Shown piece by piece: positions 29,010-43,541 of a DNA stretch of 64,000 bases. The position numbers and the translations under genes were made by a program. Every line of letters begins with the position of its first letter. Position 1 is the stretch's first letter. Origin of the DNA: Opitutaceae bacterium (lineage in GTDB: Bacteria > Verrucomicrobiota > Verrucomicrobiia > Opitutales > Coraliomargaritaceae); contig JBPOFY010000002.1 of assembly GCA_051252375.1 (NCBI GenBank), positions 562,189 to 626,188 of the forward strand. Reading direction: 5' to 3'. The notes beneath the pieces were generated by a model. The model did no database searches and was not told the DNA's origin. It was given only the letters and a program-made list of their open reading frames with translations.

Positions 29010-30182
29010 ATGAATCCAGCAACAACAGTCCCCGATTCATTATCAGAAAATCGCCCGATTCTGATTGTCGATGACGAAGCGCAAAACCTACAACTAGTCG
29101 GTGAGATTCTACGCAGAGAACATCTCCCGTTTATTTTTGCCCTCAATGGCGCGGAAGCTTTGGAAGTCATAAAAGATCAGACTCCGTCATTGATTCTGCT
29201 AGATGTCATGATGCCTGGCCTCGATGGTTTTCAAGTTTGCCAAAAGATAAAAGAGGATCCCATCACGAAAGAAATCCCGATCATTTTCCTAACAGCATCC
29301 TCCGAAATCAGTGACATCGTCAGTGGGTTCAGCGCCGGCGGCGTCGATTACATCAAAAAACCTTTTGTTCGCGAAGAACTACTCGCACGTGTCAACACGC
29401 ATTTAGATCTACATGCAGCACGTCTAAAATTAGCACGATTGCATGACTATAAGAGCGACTTAATTACCACGATGGCTCACGACATCAAGAACCCTGCGGG
29501 CGGCATACAGGGACTGGCGCTGCTGTTGAAATCTGACATCGCAGCCGGAGAATCGATCAACCGAGCAGAGCTTTGCTCTGTTCTCGAATTGATACACGAG
29601 AGCTCTCTCGGCATCTCCAACCTGGTGCATGAAATCCTAGAAGACGCCCAAAACGAGCATGGAATGAGCATCGACCAATGCATCAACCCGATCAGCGTCG
29701 CGAATGTATTAAGACACCTCATTGAAATAAACGGTGTCCACGCTCGGGAAAAATCAATCTACTTGGAGTTCGATTGCACATACGAGCCCTTTATCGGCAT
29801 CAGTCGACGAATCCTCTGCAGTATCTTCGACAACATTATTAGCAATGCAGTTAAATATTCACCTCCTGAATCGAAGGTCATCCTACGCCTGAAAAAATCC
29901 GATCGTATTCAGGGAGGTCTACTCTTCGAAGTAGAAGATACGGCAGAGCGCATCAGCGAAGAGTTGAAAGCCACCTTATTCAAAAAATTCACCTCTGGCG
30001 ACCAGCCAACACACAATCAATCGACATCTCACGGAGTGGGTCTCTCGATTGTTAAACGACTAGTCGAAATGCATAACGGTCATCTACACATCGAGAGCAG
30101 TGCTCATGAGTGTGGCAACGTGTTTATGGTCCACCTTCCGATGCAAGTGGAAAATGAACCTTCCGCGCCAAGTAATCACTAA
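29010..30182 (+). CDS. Response regulator receiver-histidine kinase hybrid
   Basis: ILIVDD, LILLDVMMP, DYIKKP; AHDIKNP H-box, NIISNAVKY, GVGLSIVK. Confidence 0.92.
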   Translation: MNPATTVPDSLSENRPILIVDDEAQNLQLVGEILRREHLPFIFALNGAEALEVIKDQTPSLILLDVMMPGLDGFQVCQKIKEDPITKEIPIIFLTASSEISDIVSGFSAGGVDYIKKPFVREELLARVNTHLDLHAARLKLARLHDYKSDLITTMAHDIKNPAGGIQGLALLLKSDIAAGESINRAELCSVLELIHESSLGISNLVHEILEDAQNEHGMSIDQCINPISVANVLRHLIEINGVHAREKSIYLEFDCTYEPFIGISRRILCSIFDNIISNAVKYSPPESKVILRLKKSDRIQGGLLFEVEDTAERISEELKATLFKKFTSGDQPTHNQSTSHGVGLSIVKRLVEMHNGHLHIESSAHECGNVFMVHLPMQVENEPSAPSNH

Positions 30183-30191
30183 TTCAATTTC

Positions 30192-33100
30192 ATGCTAGCC
30201 GCCATATTTAGACAGCAAGTCCAGCATCTACTCTCGAGCACGCTCGTAACCATCGGGCTACTCGCGACAGTAGGTTCAGCTAGCCTACACGCAGGCGAAG
30301 ATGCCAAAATCATCGGACTAGAAGATTATATCGTTAAGAATATAACAACCGATGAGGGCCTGCCCATGAATCAGTTGAACTATCTGGCGACCTCTAAGCG
30401 TGGCTTTCTATGGATCGCAACGTTTGAAGGTCTCATACGATATGACGGCAATTCCTTCAAAGCCATCACTCACCAGGATTTCTCAAACCTCAAAGGTGGT
30501 GCCTTTGATATTAAAGTCGATAAACACGATACCGTCTGGTCATTCGATACCAACTATCGCTACCTATTCCGCCTCAACGATGGCATCATCCACTCATGGT
30601 CCACAGATACAATCACCCAAGTCGTGGACTACACTTTGTTCCACGACTGGGATGATGAAGTCCTGTTCCTTGGGGGCAATGAGTTCTACACAATCGTCGA
30701 CAATCAAATCACTAAAGTCGACATTCCAGGTCTAGAGGGCACCACAATCCATGACGCTCTATTCGCTAAGGATGGATGCCTTTGGATTGCCGACAAACAG
30801 GCAGGTCTCTACTACATAAAAGATGGGCAACAGCAATTCCACGACCTCACGGATCTGAATACGGTTTCCAAACGAATCCTAGGACTCGAGGAAGCAGCAG
30901 ATGGCAGCATTTGGGCCATTACCAGCGAGAACGATCTACTGCATTATCAATCCGATTCATGGTCTGTATTCCAAGACGCAACACTTGCTCAAAGCGGACT
31001 GACACGCGACATGCTTGCCGAAGACAATGGCAGCCTTTGGATCGGCACTCAAAACGGAATGTTTCGTTACTTCGAAGGTGAAATAGAAAAGCTAGCTCAA
31101 GATTACAATCAGGATGACGACCACATATTCTCAATCGCAAAGACCCAAGAAGGGAGCATCGCCTATACGACCTTTAATAATGGGCTAAAGCTATTACAGA
31201 AACCTCTTTTCAAATCATACACAGCTCGGCATGGCATCCACCAAGGTGCCGCACGCAGTATCGTTGCATTGGACGAAACAAGCTATCTGATCGGACACAC
31301 TGATGGCGTGAATTACATCGATACGGCTAGCGATACCGTGCAGAAACGCTTCCCCGAGTTAAACGGCATAGATGTCACAGACATTGTAGTCATCAATGAA
31401 AATGAGTTTTACTTCTCGACCTACGGGCAGGGGCTATACCACTACAAAGATGGCGAGTTTAAACGCTACACTCAAGCGGATGGCTTAGCATCCGACACCA
31501 TCTATCGGATGGCCCTCGATACAGAAAAGAACCTACTCCTAGGCACCTATTCAGGATTAGATATATTTGATGGCGAGCGCTTCAAAAACATTTCAGTCGA
31601 GGACGGCTTACACTCCAACATCGTATTATCTCTTTACTATGATTCATCAGACACCCTCTGGCTTTCCATCGCAGCTGGCGGCATCGCAAAGTATATAGAC
31701 GGTGAAGTCATACCGATCACCAATAATACTAGCTTGGAAAATGTCACCGTGTTCCATCTTTTAGAAGACGAAGAAGGAACGATCTGGGGAGGTTATAGCG
31801 GTGGTGTCCTCAGAATTAAGGATGATGAACTACGCACTTATTCGCTCTCAGGTATTTTCCCCCGAGCAAACATCTTCCATGTTTGGAACGATGGTTTAGA
31901 GCACCTCTGGCTAACATCGAATGCAGGCCTATATCGAGTCGACATCAGCTGGTTCAACGAACCATCCCTACCGGACAGTTTACCATTTGCTAGCTTCCTT
32001 ACAACCGAAGGTCTCCCCTCGAATAACATAACCGCCATTTCTAGGGCACACCTTTCAAAAGACAATGAACTATGGCTCCCCTTCAGCGGCGGCGTTGTCC
32101 GTGTAGCACCTGAAAAAGCCGACACCCCCAGCTTTATTCCGGACGTATTTATCCATGAAGTGATCGCCAATGGTCAACCGACACGAACGCATGCGTTTCA
32201 AGAAACGCCCAGAATCGACTTCGAACCCGGTCTTCGCTATCTCAGAATCAACTACACTTCACCTGCATTTCAATCAAGCGACCGCTCGGTTTTCCACACA
32301 CGACTCAAAGGTTTTGAAGATTGGATCAACACCTCTCGCCGAGAAGCCGTATATACAAACTTACCGCCCGGCGAATACACTTTTGAAGTCGGCGCAGGCA
32401 AACGGGAGAACAACCAGGAGCTCAAGGAGCTTGCACAAATTCACTTCAGCGTAGCGCCCTACTTCCACCAAACACCATACTTCTATGCTTTAGCGGCTAG
32501 CGTATGCCTACTCATCGGCTTCCGCATTAATAACGTCCGACTCAAAGCTATCCGCAGGCAAAAATTACGCCTGACTGAGCAAGTAAATGTCAGGACAAAA
32601 GAACTACAGCACCGTAGTGAAGAACTCCTTATCGCAAAGGAGCACGCAGAGTCTGCGAATCGAATTAAGAGCGAATTTACCGCAAATATCAGTCACGAGA
32701 TTCGCACACCAATGAACTCAATCATTGGCTTCACCGAAATCCTGCGAACAGAGATAAAAGACCCCACTCATCAAAATTATCTAGAGGCAGTCATCAAATC
32801 CAGTGAAACACTCCTCACTATGATTGATGACTTACTCGATCTCTCCAAGATCGAAGCCAATAAGTTGAATCTCTTTCCACGCGCCTGCAATTTGCCAGAA
32901 AATTGCCGTGACACACTTCAAATGCTTGATCCAAAGCTCGCAGAAAAAGGGCTTAAGCTCACCTACACCTCCGATCCTAGTATACCGGACAGCCTGCTGA
33001 TCGACCCAACACGCTTTAGGCAAGTCCTACTCAACTTAGTCGGCAATGCGATTAAGTTTACCGATGAAGGCACTATTCTAGTTAATCTACAACTCGTTAG

Positions 33101-33722
33101 TAATAACGGAAAATTCGCCCATATCCGTTGCACGGTCAGCGATACTGGCGATGGTATTCCGAAAGATAAACTTCAACGCATCTTCAATGCCTTTGAACAG
33201 GCGAGCCGCGATTACACACGCAAAGAAACGGGCTCCGGACTCGGACTCGCCATTTCAAAGCAACTGGTAGAAATGATGGACGGAAAAATCGCTGTGGAAA
33301 GTATCCTCGGCATGGGCTCTACCTTTACCGTCGATATGCCAAAGCTCGAAATCATCACCGACGAACATACAGAAGACGCCACCAATCCGACACATCAGCC
33401 ATTGACCGGAAATACCATTCACAGGGCATCGAAGAATGAAGGCGAACTCTGTGACGACATACTCGAAGCGATTAAAAGCATCGCAAATGACGAGATCAAA
33501 GCATCGCTAAAAACCATATTTGAAGCTGAAATGATTCCCGCTCTGCAGCTGATGGATATTACACAAATCGAATCCGCCATTGTGAAGCTTAAGGCAATCG
33601 CCGACAATCAAATCGAACACCCTATTTTTCAATTATGCATTCGCATCGAAAACTATACCAAAAACTTATCCATCGATCATTGCCGTAAACTTCGCGCAAA
33701 ACTGACAGCATTCACACAATAG
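30192..33722 (+). CDS. Sensor histidine kinase with periplasmic beta-propeller (Reg_prop) and Y_Y_Y domain
   Basis: Repeated GFLWIAT/GSLWIGT/DGLxSN blades, [15 protein letters not shown] helix, [27 protein letters not shown]. Confidence 0.92.
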   Translation: MLAAIFRQQVQHLLSSTLVTIGLLATVGSASLHAGEDAKIIGLEDYIVKNITTDEGLPMNQLNYLATSKRGFLWIATFEGLIRYDGNSFKAITHQDFSNLKGGAFDIKVDKHDTVWSFDTNYRYLFRLNDGIIHSWSTDTITQVVDYTLFHDWDDEVLFLGGNEFYTIVDNQITKVDIPGLEGTTIHDALFAKDGCLWIADKQAGLYYIKDGQQQFHDLTDLNTVSKRILGLEEAADGSIWAITSENDLLHYQSDSWSVFQDATLAQSGLTRDMLAEDNGSLWIGTQNGMFRYFEGEIEKLAQDYNQDDDHIFSIAKTQEGSIAYTTFNNGLKLLQKPLFKSYTARHGIHQGAARSIVALDETSYLIGHTDGVNYIDTASDTVQKRFPELNGIDVTDIVVINENEFYFSTYGQGLYHYKDGEFKRYTQADGLASDTIYRMALDTEKNLLLGTYSGLDIFDGERFKNISVEDGLHSNIVLSLYYDSSDTLWLSIAAGGIAKYIDGEVIPITNNTSLENVTVFHLLEDEEGTIWGGYSGGVLRIKDDELRTYSLSGIFPRANIFHVWNDGLEHLWLTSNAGLYRVDISWFNEPSLPDSLPFASFLTTEGLPSNNITAISRAHLSKDNELWLPFSGGVVRVAPEKADTPSFIPDVFIHEVIANGQPTRTHAFQETPRIDFEPGLRYLRINYTSPAFQSSDRSVFHTRLKGFEDWINTSRREAVYTNLPPGEYTFEVGAGKRENNQELKELAQIHFSVAPYFHQTPYFYALAASVCLLIGFRINNVRLKAIRRQKLRLTEQVNVRTKELQHRSEELLIAKEHAESANRIKSEFTANISHEIRTPMNSIIGFTEILRTEIKDPTHQNYLEAVIKSSETLLTMIDDLLDLSKIEANKLNLFPRACNLPENCRDTLQMLDPKLAEKGLKLTYTSDPSIPDSLLIDPTRFRQVLLNLVGNAIKFTDEGTILVNLQLVSNNGKFAHIRCTVSDTGDGIPKDKLQRIFNAFEQASRDYTRKETGSGLGLAISKQLVEMMDGKIAVESILGMGSTFTVDMPKLEIITDEHTEDATNPTHQPLTGNTIHRASKNEGELCDDILEAIKSIANDEIKASLKTIFEAEMIPALQLMDITQIESAIVKLKAIADNQIEHPIFQLCIRIENYTKNLSIDHCRKLRAKLTAFTQ

Positions 33723-33746
33723 AAAAAGCAGACCCCATTCATCCAT

Positions 33747-36176
33747 ATGAAAGTCACCCAAGCATACACTATATGTATCGGATCGATATGCCTACTCTCA
33801 CTATCTGCAGAAGAGGCCGACTCCAGTCCAGGCGCCCTCGAAGAATACCATGTGGTCACATCCATACAAACGGACGACAACATCCTCCCCACGAAGCTCC
33901 CCGTCAGTTCCGTCTATGGCACGGATATTAACGTCATTGATACACCGCGAAATGTCACGGTGATCTCAAAAGCCCAACTCGATGCGATCAGTATAAAAGA
34001 CACGCGCGATTACGTAAAACTCACCGCATCCAGCTATACTAGCTCAAATTTCGGCGCACCGACCACACCAAGCATACGTGGTCAAATTGCCGACACTCTC
34101 ATCAACGGCATGCGCAAAGGTCTGACCAGTAATGGCAACGGTCTGCCTACGAATTTCAATTCAGTCGAGTCAGTCAACATCTTAAAAGGCCCCCCTTCCG
34201 TCATGATGGGTGTCTCTCAATACGTCGGCGGCTACACAGACCTCATTACCAAAAAGCCCCGCTTTGCGGACAACAGCGGTTACTTCCGATTAACCCTCGA
34301 TTCAGAAGGTTTACAAAAAGCCGAGATCGATCAGAACTGGTCCATCTCTGACAGTTTCGCCATGCGCTTCAGCCTTACCGGAGAAGACAGCTCAGATTAC
34401 TATTGGGACGATTATAAGCGCCAAACTTCCGCCTTTTACGCGGCAGCAGTGTGGATCCCCAACGCCAACTACACACTCGAGGTCAATGGCGAGTATTTCA
34501 AAGCCAACTATACTGAAAACTTTGGCATCAACCGCCCCACCGATGACCTGCTCAGCAACGGCACTTATGTAACAGGTGTCGGCACTGCCAACGGTTTCGG
34601 TGATTCACTCACCACGACAGGCACCACCCAAATCAGCCGCACCAAACGTCTCCACGGCCTCGGCGACGATTCCAACGGCGAATACCTCTACCTACAAGCC
34701 ATCCAAACGATTGAGGCCAGCGCAGATCTAACAATCGTCAACAACAGTTTCTTCCAATACCTCGACCGCGACACATACAGCTCCTACGCATACTCCGAAG
34801 TCATGCGTGACAACTACCGCTTCGAAAACCGGACCGAGTTTCAAACAACGGCACATTTCCTCGATTTGTTTCACAATATCAACACCGGCTTCAGCTTCAG
34901 CTATCAGAACGTTTGGTCAGTGAATGATTTCTATCACGAACCAGCCAACGCTTGGGATCTCGCCAATCAAACGCCGAGTGAAATCAGCGTCACCGACGCC
35001 AGCGTCTTCAGCACCGGCGGATTTTATAATGCCTTCCCGATCTACAGCGAAGCCGCGAGAGGTCAGTTGAGCTACCGCCCCGGAACCACCGCAGCCAACT
35101 ATTTCGTCAGCTCTACAGGCGAATTCATCCTCGGCGGTGGCGACGGCAATGACTCGCAGACCACCTCCGTCGGCATCTTTCTTCAGGATGAAATCGAAAT
35201 CAATGATCGCCTCACCCTACTCCTCGGCGGACGCCTCGACTACGTTTACGTCCAGTCCGAAGACCCCATGTTCTCAGACATGTTGCGCTACCTCCAAACC
35301 ATCAACCCTGGCAACGACTACTCAGAACTCACTCAGGCGAAAGACAGCCATGGCGATATCGTCCCCAATTTCAACGCCGGTGCCGTCTACGCATTGACGG
35401 ACAACACAAATCTCTACGCCAACTACAACTACAGCGAATCCATCCCCATTGGACAAGGAGGCGGCGTGCCCCTCGACAGTGAAACCGGGAAGCTCAACGA
35501 AGACGGCTTCAATACCGCAAGCCATCTCGTAGAAGTCGGGTTCAAATCATCACTCCTCGACGATACCCTCTTTTACACCGCCAACCTCTTTTACCAGACT
35601 CGAACCGACCCTCAGTCGAAAGGTGAAAGATGGAAAGTTGTCGCCTCTGGTTTTGAAACTGAACTCGCCTATCAACCATCGAATGATCTCTACATCATCG
35701 CTGGTTACAGCTTCATCGACTCCGTCACGAAAAATGGTCGCGTGGTCACCGATGCACCCATCAGTTCCGTCGCATCCAGTGGTGGTGTTTACAACTATTC
35801 CAGCATCTATGAATTCGCAGATTACGATGCCGACTCACCCGGCGTCCCCGAAAGCACACTCAGTGCACTCGCGCTCTATCAACTAACCGATGAACTCTCC
35901 GCGAGCCTCGGCATAGTCGTCACCTCTCCCATTCCACTTGGTTTTAACGTGCCCGCCTCTGCCACAAACCCATCGATTCAAACCATAACAATCCCGTGGC
36001 AATACTCCATCGACCTCGGTTTTACCTATGAGACCGAACGCTGGGCGCTCGCCTTAAACATTCTCAATCTCACAGACCAAGAAAACTGGGGCTCTCCGAA
36101 CCCGATCTACGGCAACGATTCCGTCTACGCCGAACTTCCCCGCCGGCTCGAACTCGCCGCTACATGGAAGTGGTAA
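33747..36176 (+). CDS. TonB-dependent outer membrane receptor
   Basis: Signal peptide, DTPRNVTVI plug, [17 protein letters not shown]...[12 protein letters not shown] terminal aromatic residue. Confidence 0.9.
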   Translation: MKVTQAYTICIGSICLLSLSAEEADSSPGALEEYHVVTSIQTDDNILPTKLPVSSVYGTDINVIDTPRNVTVISKAQLDAISIKDTRDYVKLTASSYTSSNFGAPTTPSIRGQIADTLINGMRKGLTSNGNGLPTNFNSVESVNILKGPPSVMMGVSQYVGGYTDLITKKPRFADNSGYFRLTLDSEGLQKAEIDQNWSISDSFAMRFSLTGEDSSDYYWDDYKRQTSAFYAAAVWIPNANYTLEVNGEYFKANYTENFGINRPTDDLLSNGTYVTGVGTANGFGDSLTTTGTTQISRTKRLHGLGDDSNGEYLYLQAIQTIEASADLTIVNNSFFQYLDRDTYSSYAYSEVMRDNYRFENRTEFQTTAHFLDLFHNINTGFSFSYQNVWSVNDFYHEPANAWDLANQTPSEISVTDASVFSTGGFYNAFPIYSEAARGQLSYRPGTTAANYFVSSTGEFILGGGDGNDSQTTSVGIFLQDEIEINDRLTLLLGGRLDYVYVQSEDPMFSDMLRYLQTINPGNDYSELTQAKDSHGDIVPNFNAGAVYALTDNTNLYANYNYSESIPIGQGGGVPLDSETGKLNEDGFNTASHLVEVGFKSSLLDDTLFYTANLFYQTRTDPQSKGERWKVVASGFETELAYQPSNDLYIIAGYSFIDSVTKNGRVVTDAPISSVASSGGVYNYSSIYEFADYDADSPGVPESTLSALALYQLTDELSASLGIVVTSPIPLGFNVPASATNPSIQTITIPWQYSIDLGFTYETERWALALNILNLTDQENWGSPNPIYGNDSVYAELPRRLELAATWKW

Positions 36177-36196
36177 GAGCAAACGAGCTAAAGCTT

Positions 36197-36278
36197 TGGA
36201 GGGCAATGCTCTGTCATTGCCGCAGAAACGCCTAAATGTATCGAACTACAGGCGGTTGCGACGGAGCGCAACCTTCCA
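36197..36278. repeat. 82-bp GGAG-type REP dyad, copy 1
   Basis: Near-identical to 58876-58957 (tggagggcaatgctc.gtcattgccgcagaaacgcctaaatg...gcggttgcgacggagcgcaacc.tcca). Confidence 0.9.
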
Positions 36279-36301
36279 GCTTTCCACCGAATTCCTTCTT
36301 A

Positions 36302-36372
36302 TGGTAGGGACACGCCTGCCCTCAGGCGTCCGAGGCTGAAGAGAGGACGCCTGAGGGCAGACGTCCCTACCA
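36302..36372. repeat. GTAG-type REP dyad
   Basis: tggtagggacacgcctgccctcaggcgtcc ... ggacgcctgagggcagacgtccctacca; related to 17526-17552. Confidence 0.85.
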
Positions 36373-36442
36373 TACACACTTGAGTTTCTTTATAGATAGC
36401 GGCTCGCAATATCGCTCGAGCTAAGTATAGTTGGCGAAATAT

Positions 36443-38983
36443 ATGGATCTAAGCCGTAAAATACTCACTCTCCTAGGTGCTAAAGACTACATCCCGCTGC
36501 GTCGGGAAGAAATTGTTGCCGTCCTCAAGCTCAGCCCGGATGAGACGAAAAAAGCACACCGCCTCTTCGATCAGATGCTGGAGAAAGGCGAAATTGCACG
36601 CCTCAAGAAAGACAAACTCTGCATCCCCGAAGATGCCGACCTCGTCAGTGGACGCATCCTCTTTCGTCAAAGTGGTTCTGCCACACTGATACCCGACAAC
36701 AAGCCCGGCATGTCCGTGTCGGATGGCTATCCCGTCTCCCAGGAAGACACCAGCGTGGCAATGCATGGCGACACCGTGCTCGCACGACGTTTGGATAAAC
36801 CACGTCGCCCACAACGCGGTCGTGGCAATCAACGCCCTGTTTACAATCCCAACGAGAAGGAAGGCGTCCGCGTCATCCGTATTTTAAAGCGCGCCCGCGA
36901 AATCGTCACTGGCACACTCGAACAAGGCCGCCACGCGACCTACGTCATCCCCGACGATCCACGTATCATACAAGACATCCTCGTCCCTGATCCCAAAAAT
37001 TCTGGCATACTCCCCATTCCTAAAAAGGGCGATAAGGTCGTCGTTAAATTACTAGAATGGAGTCAGCGCCACCTCAACCCGGAAGGCGAAATCACCGAAG
37101 TGCTCGGACGCACCTACGAACCGGATGCCGAGTTCAAAGCCATCCTCTACAAATTCAATCTCGACCCGAAATTCCCCGCTGCAGTGGAAGATCAAGTCAA
37201 AGACGTGCCCGATCATGTCCGCGAAGAAGATACTGAAGGCCGCAAGGATTACCGCGACGTCTTCACCTTCACCATCGACCCCGATGATGCCAAGGATTTC
37301 GACGATGCCCTCTCGCTCGAAGAACTCGAAGACGGCAAGACCCGTATCGGCGTCCACATCGCCGACGTCAGCGCCTACGTCAAACCAGGCAGCCCACTCG
37401 ACGTCGAAGCGCAAGAACGCGGCAACAGCACTTACCTAGTCGGCACCGTCATCCCCATGCTGCCTCACGCGCTCTCGAACGGGCTCTGCAGTCTGGTCGA
37501 AGCGGAAGACCGCCTGACTAAAACATGCTTTATCACCTACAGCGAACGGGCTGAAGTCATCGACGTTTCCTTTGCCAACACAGTCATCAAGAGCAACAAG
37601 CGCCTGACCTACAAGCAGGCCTTTGCCTTCATGCAAGAGGACGACCTCGACACTGTTCGCAAGACGCCACTTCCACCCAAGCACCAAACCGGCTCCACTG
37701 GCCGCTCACTCGACGAAGTCAGCGATCAGGAAATGCAGACACTGCAAAAGCACATCCGCAAACTCTGGGAGATTGCAAATGTGCTTCGTCAAGGCCGCTT
37801 CCGTAAAGGCTCGCTCGACCTCGATATGACCGATGTCAAAATCTACGTCGACGAAGAAGGCTACGCCGACCGGATCGAGAAACAATTCAACGACGAAAGC
37901 CACCAACTGATCGAAGAGTTCATGCTATCTGCCAACGAGCAAGTCGCTCGGGCGATGAAGAAGAACAACTTTCCTTGCGTCTACCGTGTTCACGACGAAC
38001 CCGAAGAGCAAAAGCTCAACGAGCTGCGCGAAACAATGATCACCTTCGGGGTGCAATGCGGCAACCTCAACAAGCCGCGCGAGATGTCGGCACTTCTGAA
38101 AAAGCTGAAAGACCACCCACAAGGTTACACGCTCAAGATCCAAGTGCTACGCAGTCTCAAGCAAGCACAATACCGCGCCAGCGCCGACGGTCACTATGGC
38201 CTCGCCAAGCCCGACTACACTCACTTCACGTCACCGATCCGCCGCTACTCCGATCTCATCGTCCACCGCGTGCTGGACGGCTACATGCACAAGATCGGGG
38301 TCGATTCCGCACCGGATAAGCCAGAGATCCGTTACACTCAGGGTAAGCTAGAGTCACTCGGCGATCACCTCTGCATCACTGAGCGCAATAGCGTCGATGC
38401 CGAACGAGAGTCCGTCAAAACCAAGCTCCTTGAATTCTTCGAACGTCAAATTGCGAAAGACGCCAAGCAATCTTTCCGAGCGATCATCTCCGACGTTAAA
38501 AACCACGGACTTATGATCGAACTCACTGAATCACTTGCTTTCGGCATGGTTCATATCTCGACCCTCGACGACGATTTCTACCACCCGACCGAAGACGGCA
38601 CCGCCCTCGTTGGCCGCCGCAAGAAAAACACATATACACTTGGTCAATACATTCAGGTTCAAGTCGAACGCGTCGACCGCTTCAAAAGGCAAATTGATTT
38701 CCGAGTCGTCACATCCACGGACACCAAGTCTGCGGCAGGCAAATCACCCAGGGACCTTAATGCCCTGCGCAAAGAGCGCCGCGCCAAGCGCGCCAAAAGC
38801 GGCGAGCCGAAAGCAGTCAAACAAGACCGCCCTAAGAAGGCTGACTCCAACACGGCAGCCAAAAAGCGCCCAACAAAGCAGCGCCCGGCAAAGAAACGCC
38901 CGGCAAAAAGCACTCAACCCGAAGCCACCGCTGAACGCCCGAAGAAATCAGCCAAGCCCTTCAGGCCAAAACGCAACCGATAG
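36443..38983 (+). CDS. rnr: Ribonuclease R
   Basis: [43 protein letters not shown]1 domain, basic tail; start at ATG 36443. Confidence 0.95.
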   Translation: MDLSRKILTLLGAKDYIPLRREEIVAVLKLSPDETKKAHRLFDQMLEKGEIARLKKDKLCIPEDADLVSGRILFRQSGSATLIPDNKPGMSVSDGYPVSQEDTSVAMHGDTVLARRLDKPRRPQRGRGNQRPVYNPNEKEGVRVIRILKRAREIVTGTLEQGRHATYVIPDDPRIIQDILVPDPKNSGILPIPKKGDKVVVKLLEWSQRHLNPEGEITEVLGRTYEPDAEFKAILYKFNLDPKFPAAVEDQVKDVPDHVREEDTEGRKDYRDVFTFTIDPDDAKDFDDALSLEELEDGKTRIGVHIADVSAYVKPGSPLDVEAQERGNSTYLVGTVIPMLPHALSNGLCSLVEAEDRLTKTCFITYSERAEVIDVSFANTVIKSNKRLTYKQAFAFMQEDDLDTVRKTPLPPKHQTGSTGRSLDEVSDQEMQTLQKHIRKLWEIANVLRQGRFRKGSLDLDMTDVKIYVDEEGYADRIEKQFNDESHQLIEEFMLSANEQVARAMKKNNFPCVYRVHDEPEEQKLNELRETMITFGVQCGNLNKPREMSALLKKLKDHPQGYTLKIQVLRSLKQAQYRASADGHYGLAKPDYTHFTSPIRRYSDLIVHRVLDGYMHKIGVDSAPDKPEIRYTQGKLESLGDHLCITERNSVDAERESVKTKLLEFFERQIAKDAKQSFRAIISDVKNHGLMIELTESLAFGMVHISTLDDDFYHPTEDGTALVGRRKKNTYTLGQYIQVQVERVDRFKRQIDFRVVTSTDTKSAAGKSPRDLNALRKERRAKRAKSGEPKAVKQDRPKKADSNTAAKKRPTKQRPAKKRPAKSTQPEATAERPKKSAKPFRPKRNR

Positions 38984-39033
38984 CGCGGTTCAAGCTCCTC
39001 TCTTGCTAGCATTGAGGCCTTGGGGACAGAACC

Positions 39034-39981
39034 ATGAACAAAGACAAGATACTTTCTGCTCTGGCAGCGATCGGCATCACTGCGATTGCGGCACTGTTCA
39101 TGGCGATGCTCTCCGCCGAAACGCTTGAAGTATATGGCTCTGGGATTTTCATCGTCACCCCTATGGTGTGCGGGGCGATTTCCGTCCTCATTTATAATCG
39201 AAAGGGAAACAAGCGATTGGGCGAATCAGTCTTGGTGTCGCTCATCACTGGCGGCATGACGCTTCTCGGATTCATGGTCGTGGGCTTCGAAGGGCTGATT
39301 TGCATAGCGATGTCGGCGCCTATCGTGCTGCCTCTGTTTATTGTTGGCGGGCTTTTAGCCTACCCACTCTCACGCGCACTGGCCCGAAAGCTTTACTCGG
39401 ACTTAACCACTCTGTTACTGATTGCCTTCGTGCCGTTGTTTATGGGTTTCGAGTCGCAACAGCCGCAAACGCCGAAGACTCGCAGTGTAACGACTACGGT
39501 AATTATCGACGGGAATATTGACGAAGTCTGGAAGGAAGTGATCGAGTTCTCCCCCATTCCCGAACCCGACGAGTTTCTCTTTCGTATCGGGATCGCCTAC
39601 CCTACGCACGCAGAAATTAAAGGAGAAGGTGTTGGCGCGATCCGCTATTGCAACTTTTCCACCGGCTCCTTCGTTGAACCGATCACTCACTGGGAGGAGA
39701 ATGAACGCCTTGCCTTCGACGTGACAGAGCAACCCACTCCGCTGACCGAGATCTCACCTTACGTCGGCATTCATCCTCCACATTTAGACTGGGCGATTCG
39801 CTCCGAAAAAGGCGAGTTTCGCCTCAAAGATCTAGGCAATGGTCGTATCGAGCTAACTGGCACCACATGGTTTCACACTGTCATGGAACCCCAATCCTAT
39901 TGGGGATGGCTGAGCGATTATATGATCCACGCAATTCACCACCGTGTCTTGAATCACATCAAGCAGACAGTGGAAGAGTAA
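39034..39981 (+). CDS. Membrane protein with C-terminal SRPBCC-like domain
   Basis: Several N-terminal TM helices incl. EGLICIAMSAP; VW..VIEF, GVGAIRYCNFSTG, IHHRVLNHIK. Confidence 0.7.
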   Translation: MNKDKILSALAAIGITAIAALFMAMLSAETLEVYGSGIFIVTPMVCGAISVLIYNRKGNKRLGESVLVSLITGGMTLLGFMVVGFEGLICIAMSAPIVLPLFIVGGLLAYPLSRALARKLYSDLTTLLLIAFVPLFMGFESQQPQTPKTRSVTTTVIIDGNIDEVWKEVIEFSPIPEPDEFLFRIGIAYPTHAEIKGEGVGAIRYCNFSTGSFVEPITHWEENERLAFDVTEQPTPLTEISPYVGIHPPHLDWAIRSEKGEFRLKDLGNGRIELTGTTWFHTVMEPQSYWGWLSDYMIHAIHHRVLNHIKQTVEE

Positions 39982-40036
39982 AGCCTTAACACTTCTAGTT
40001 GTGTTTAAACTCGTAGCGCATGGGCGTCGAGGGGTT

Positions 40037-40128
40037 CACGTCATACCTTCGACAAACTCAGGTCGAGAGAGTGACGTGGCTACATTTCGACAACCTAGCT
40101 GTAGCCACGGCAGTCCCCTGCCGTGTTT
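40037..40128. repeat. GTAGCCACG-family REP pair, one copy interrupted
   Basis: cacgtca[24-nt insert]agagtgacgtggctaca and tgtagccacggcagtcccctgccgtgttt; same family at 53551-53635 and 63924-64000. Confidence 0.8.
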
Positions 40129-40215
40129 CATTTCCAACGCACCCTGCCAACTCAAACATTTCGCGAATTGATATCATATGACAGACAGGAATGTCTGTCT
40201 CACAACTAAAATGCA

Positions 40216-41769
<1,554 letters not shown>

Positions 41770-41877
41770 TTAAAATATAAGTTAGAAGCTGGATAGCAGA
41801 AGTCAGTAGTAGAATGCAGCCAACAAAGCTGAACTCGCTCGACCTCCTGTGATGGAAGTTCGATGCAGTGTGTGTAA

Positions 41878-43059
41878 CTAGGCCTTTTTGCTTAGTTTTT
41901 CAACGTAGCGCTCGATGCGATTAGTCGCTTCGAGGATGCGGTCATAACTAGTCGAGAAGCTAGCGCGAGCAAAACCCGCACCACTCTCACCAAAGGCTGT
42001 GCCCGGCACAATCGCGACTTCTTGATCCTCAAGCAGCCCCTTACAGAAGTCGATCGAGCTCATCCCTGACGATTGAATCGACGGGAATGCATAGAACGAA
42101 CCCTTCGGCAAATGACAGTCGAGACCCATTTCGTTGAAACGACGAACAATCAAATCACGGCGATTATGGTAAGCCTCTTTCATCTTGGCGACGGCAGGCG
42201 CACCATTTTTAAGTGCCTCCAAGGCAGCTTCTTGCGAGAGAATTGGCGCGCAAAGCATGCTGTATTGGTGGATCTTCATCATCGCCTCGATCAATGGCTG
42301 GGGACCGCAAGCGTAACCGATGCGGAAGCCAGTCATTGCAAATGCTTTTGAGAAACCGTGCAGGAAGATCGTGCGATCTTTCATACCAGGCAAAGACGCG
42401 ATGCTGGTGTGCTCACCTTCAAATGTCAGCTCGGAGTAGATTTCGTCGCTGATAACGAGAAGGTCCTTCTCGACAGCAAACTTGGCAATCTTCTCAAGCT
42501 TAGCGCGCTCTGTCACCCCACCCGTCGGGTTGGTCGGGAAATTAAGAATCAAGACCTTGCAGCCAGGCTCCCAAGCAGCTGCCACACGATCGGGGTCGAT
42601 CGCAAACTGGTCTTCTGCCGAGGTCGCCACCTTAATCGGTTTAGCGTGGGTCAGGATAATGCTCGGGCTATAGGAAACGTAGCAGGGCTCGTGATAGAGC
42701 ACCTTATCGCCCGGGTTAAGCACGGCGCGCAGCGCAATGTCCAATGCTTCGGACACACCCACCGCGACCAAGATCTCTTTCTCGGGATGATAGCTGATGT
42801 CGAAATGGTTTTCGACGTAGGTGCTGATCTCACGGCGTAGACGAATCAAACCGAGATTATCGGTGTAACTGGTCTTACCCTTTTCCAAAGCAAAGATGGC
42901 CGCTTCACGGATATGCCAAGGTGTGACAAAATCAGGTTCACCGATACCAAGCGAGATCGCTTGAGGCATCGCTGCCACAATCGCAAAGAAATCACGGATA
43001 CCTGAACGAGGCAGACCCGAAACGTGGTCAGCCACAAAGCGTTGACTTGTATCACTCAT
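41878..43059 (-). CDS. PLP-dependent aminotransferase class I/II
   Basis: SLGIGEPDF, PTNPTG, SDEIY, GFSKAFAMTGFRIG. Confidence 0.93.
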   Translation of the reverse strand: MSDTSQRFVADHVSGLPRSGIRDFFAIVAAMPQAISLGIGEPDFVTPWHIREAAIFALEKGKTSYTDNLGLIRLRREISTYVENHFDISYHPEKEILVAVGVSEALDIALRAVLNPGDKVLYHEPCYVSYSPSIILTHAKPIKVATSAEDQFAIDPDRVAAAWEPGCKVLILNFPTNPTGGVTERAKLEKIAKFAVEKDLLVISDEIYSELTFEGEHTSIASLPGMKDRTIFLHGFSKAFAMTGFRIGYACGPQPLIEAMMKIHQYSMLCAPILSQEAALEALKNGAPAVAKMKEAYHNRRDLIVRRFNEMGLDCHLPKGSFYAFPSIQSSGMSSIDFCKGLLEDQEVAIVPGTAFGESGAGFARASFSTSYDRILEATNRIERYVEKLSKKA

Positions 43060-43541
43060 TAGGGGCTGACGGAGGGTTTGTCCCCGCTCTCTGTGGGTGA
43101 AAGTAACAAATGCCCCTGCTCCTTATAAGCACGCAGCATAAAGTGAGTCGCCGTGGAATGCACGCCTTCGACACTGGCGAGGCGTTCTGACACGAAAGAA
43201 GCCACTTCGCGTAAATTCTTACCGATGGCAAAAATCAACAAATCGTAGCTGCCTGACATCAGGTAGCAGGACTCTACAGCCTCAAACTGGCTGATCCGCG
43301 CTGCTAGGCGATCAAAGCCGCCATCACGCTCAGGGCTGATCCGGACCTCGATGACCGCTCGGACGACATCCTCTTGCGCGCGCTCAGGATTGAACACGGG
43401 GCGCCAGCCGAGAAGGATTTTCTCAGCTTGAAGGCGCGCGATTTCAGCCGACACCTCCGCCTCGGACAGATCAAGGATCTGGGCCAATTGGGCAGTGTCG
43501 AGGCTTTCACCTTCGAGAAGTAGTTGCAGAACGGAACTCAT
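43059..43541 (-). CDS. Lrp/AsnC family transcriptional regulator
   Basis: N-terminal HTH; GFDRLAARI...VESCYLMSGSYDL, STATHF; coupled to the aminotransferase. Confidence 0.9.
   Translation of the reverse strand: MSSVLQLLLEGESLDTAQLAQILDLSEAEVSAEIARLQAEKILLGWRPVFNPERAQEDVVRAVIEVRISPERDGGFDRLAARISQFEAVESCYLMSGSYDLLIFAIGKNLREVASFVSERLASVEGVHSTATHFMLRAYKEQGHLLLSPTESGDKPSVSP

Noticed and set aside
27544..36430. Integrative element at tRNA-Thr
   Set aside because: No integrase was found, and I saw no duplicated tRNA 3' end downstream by eye.
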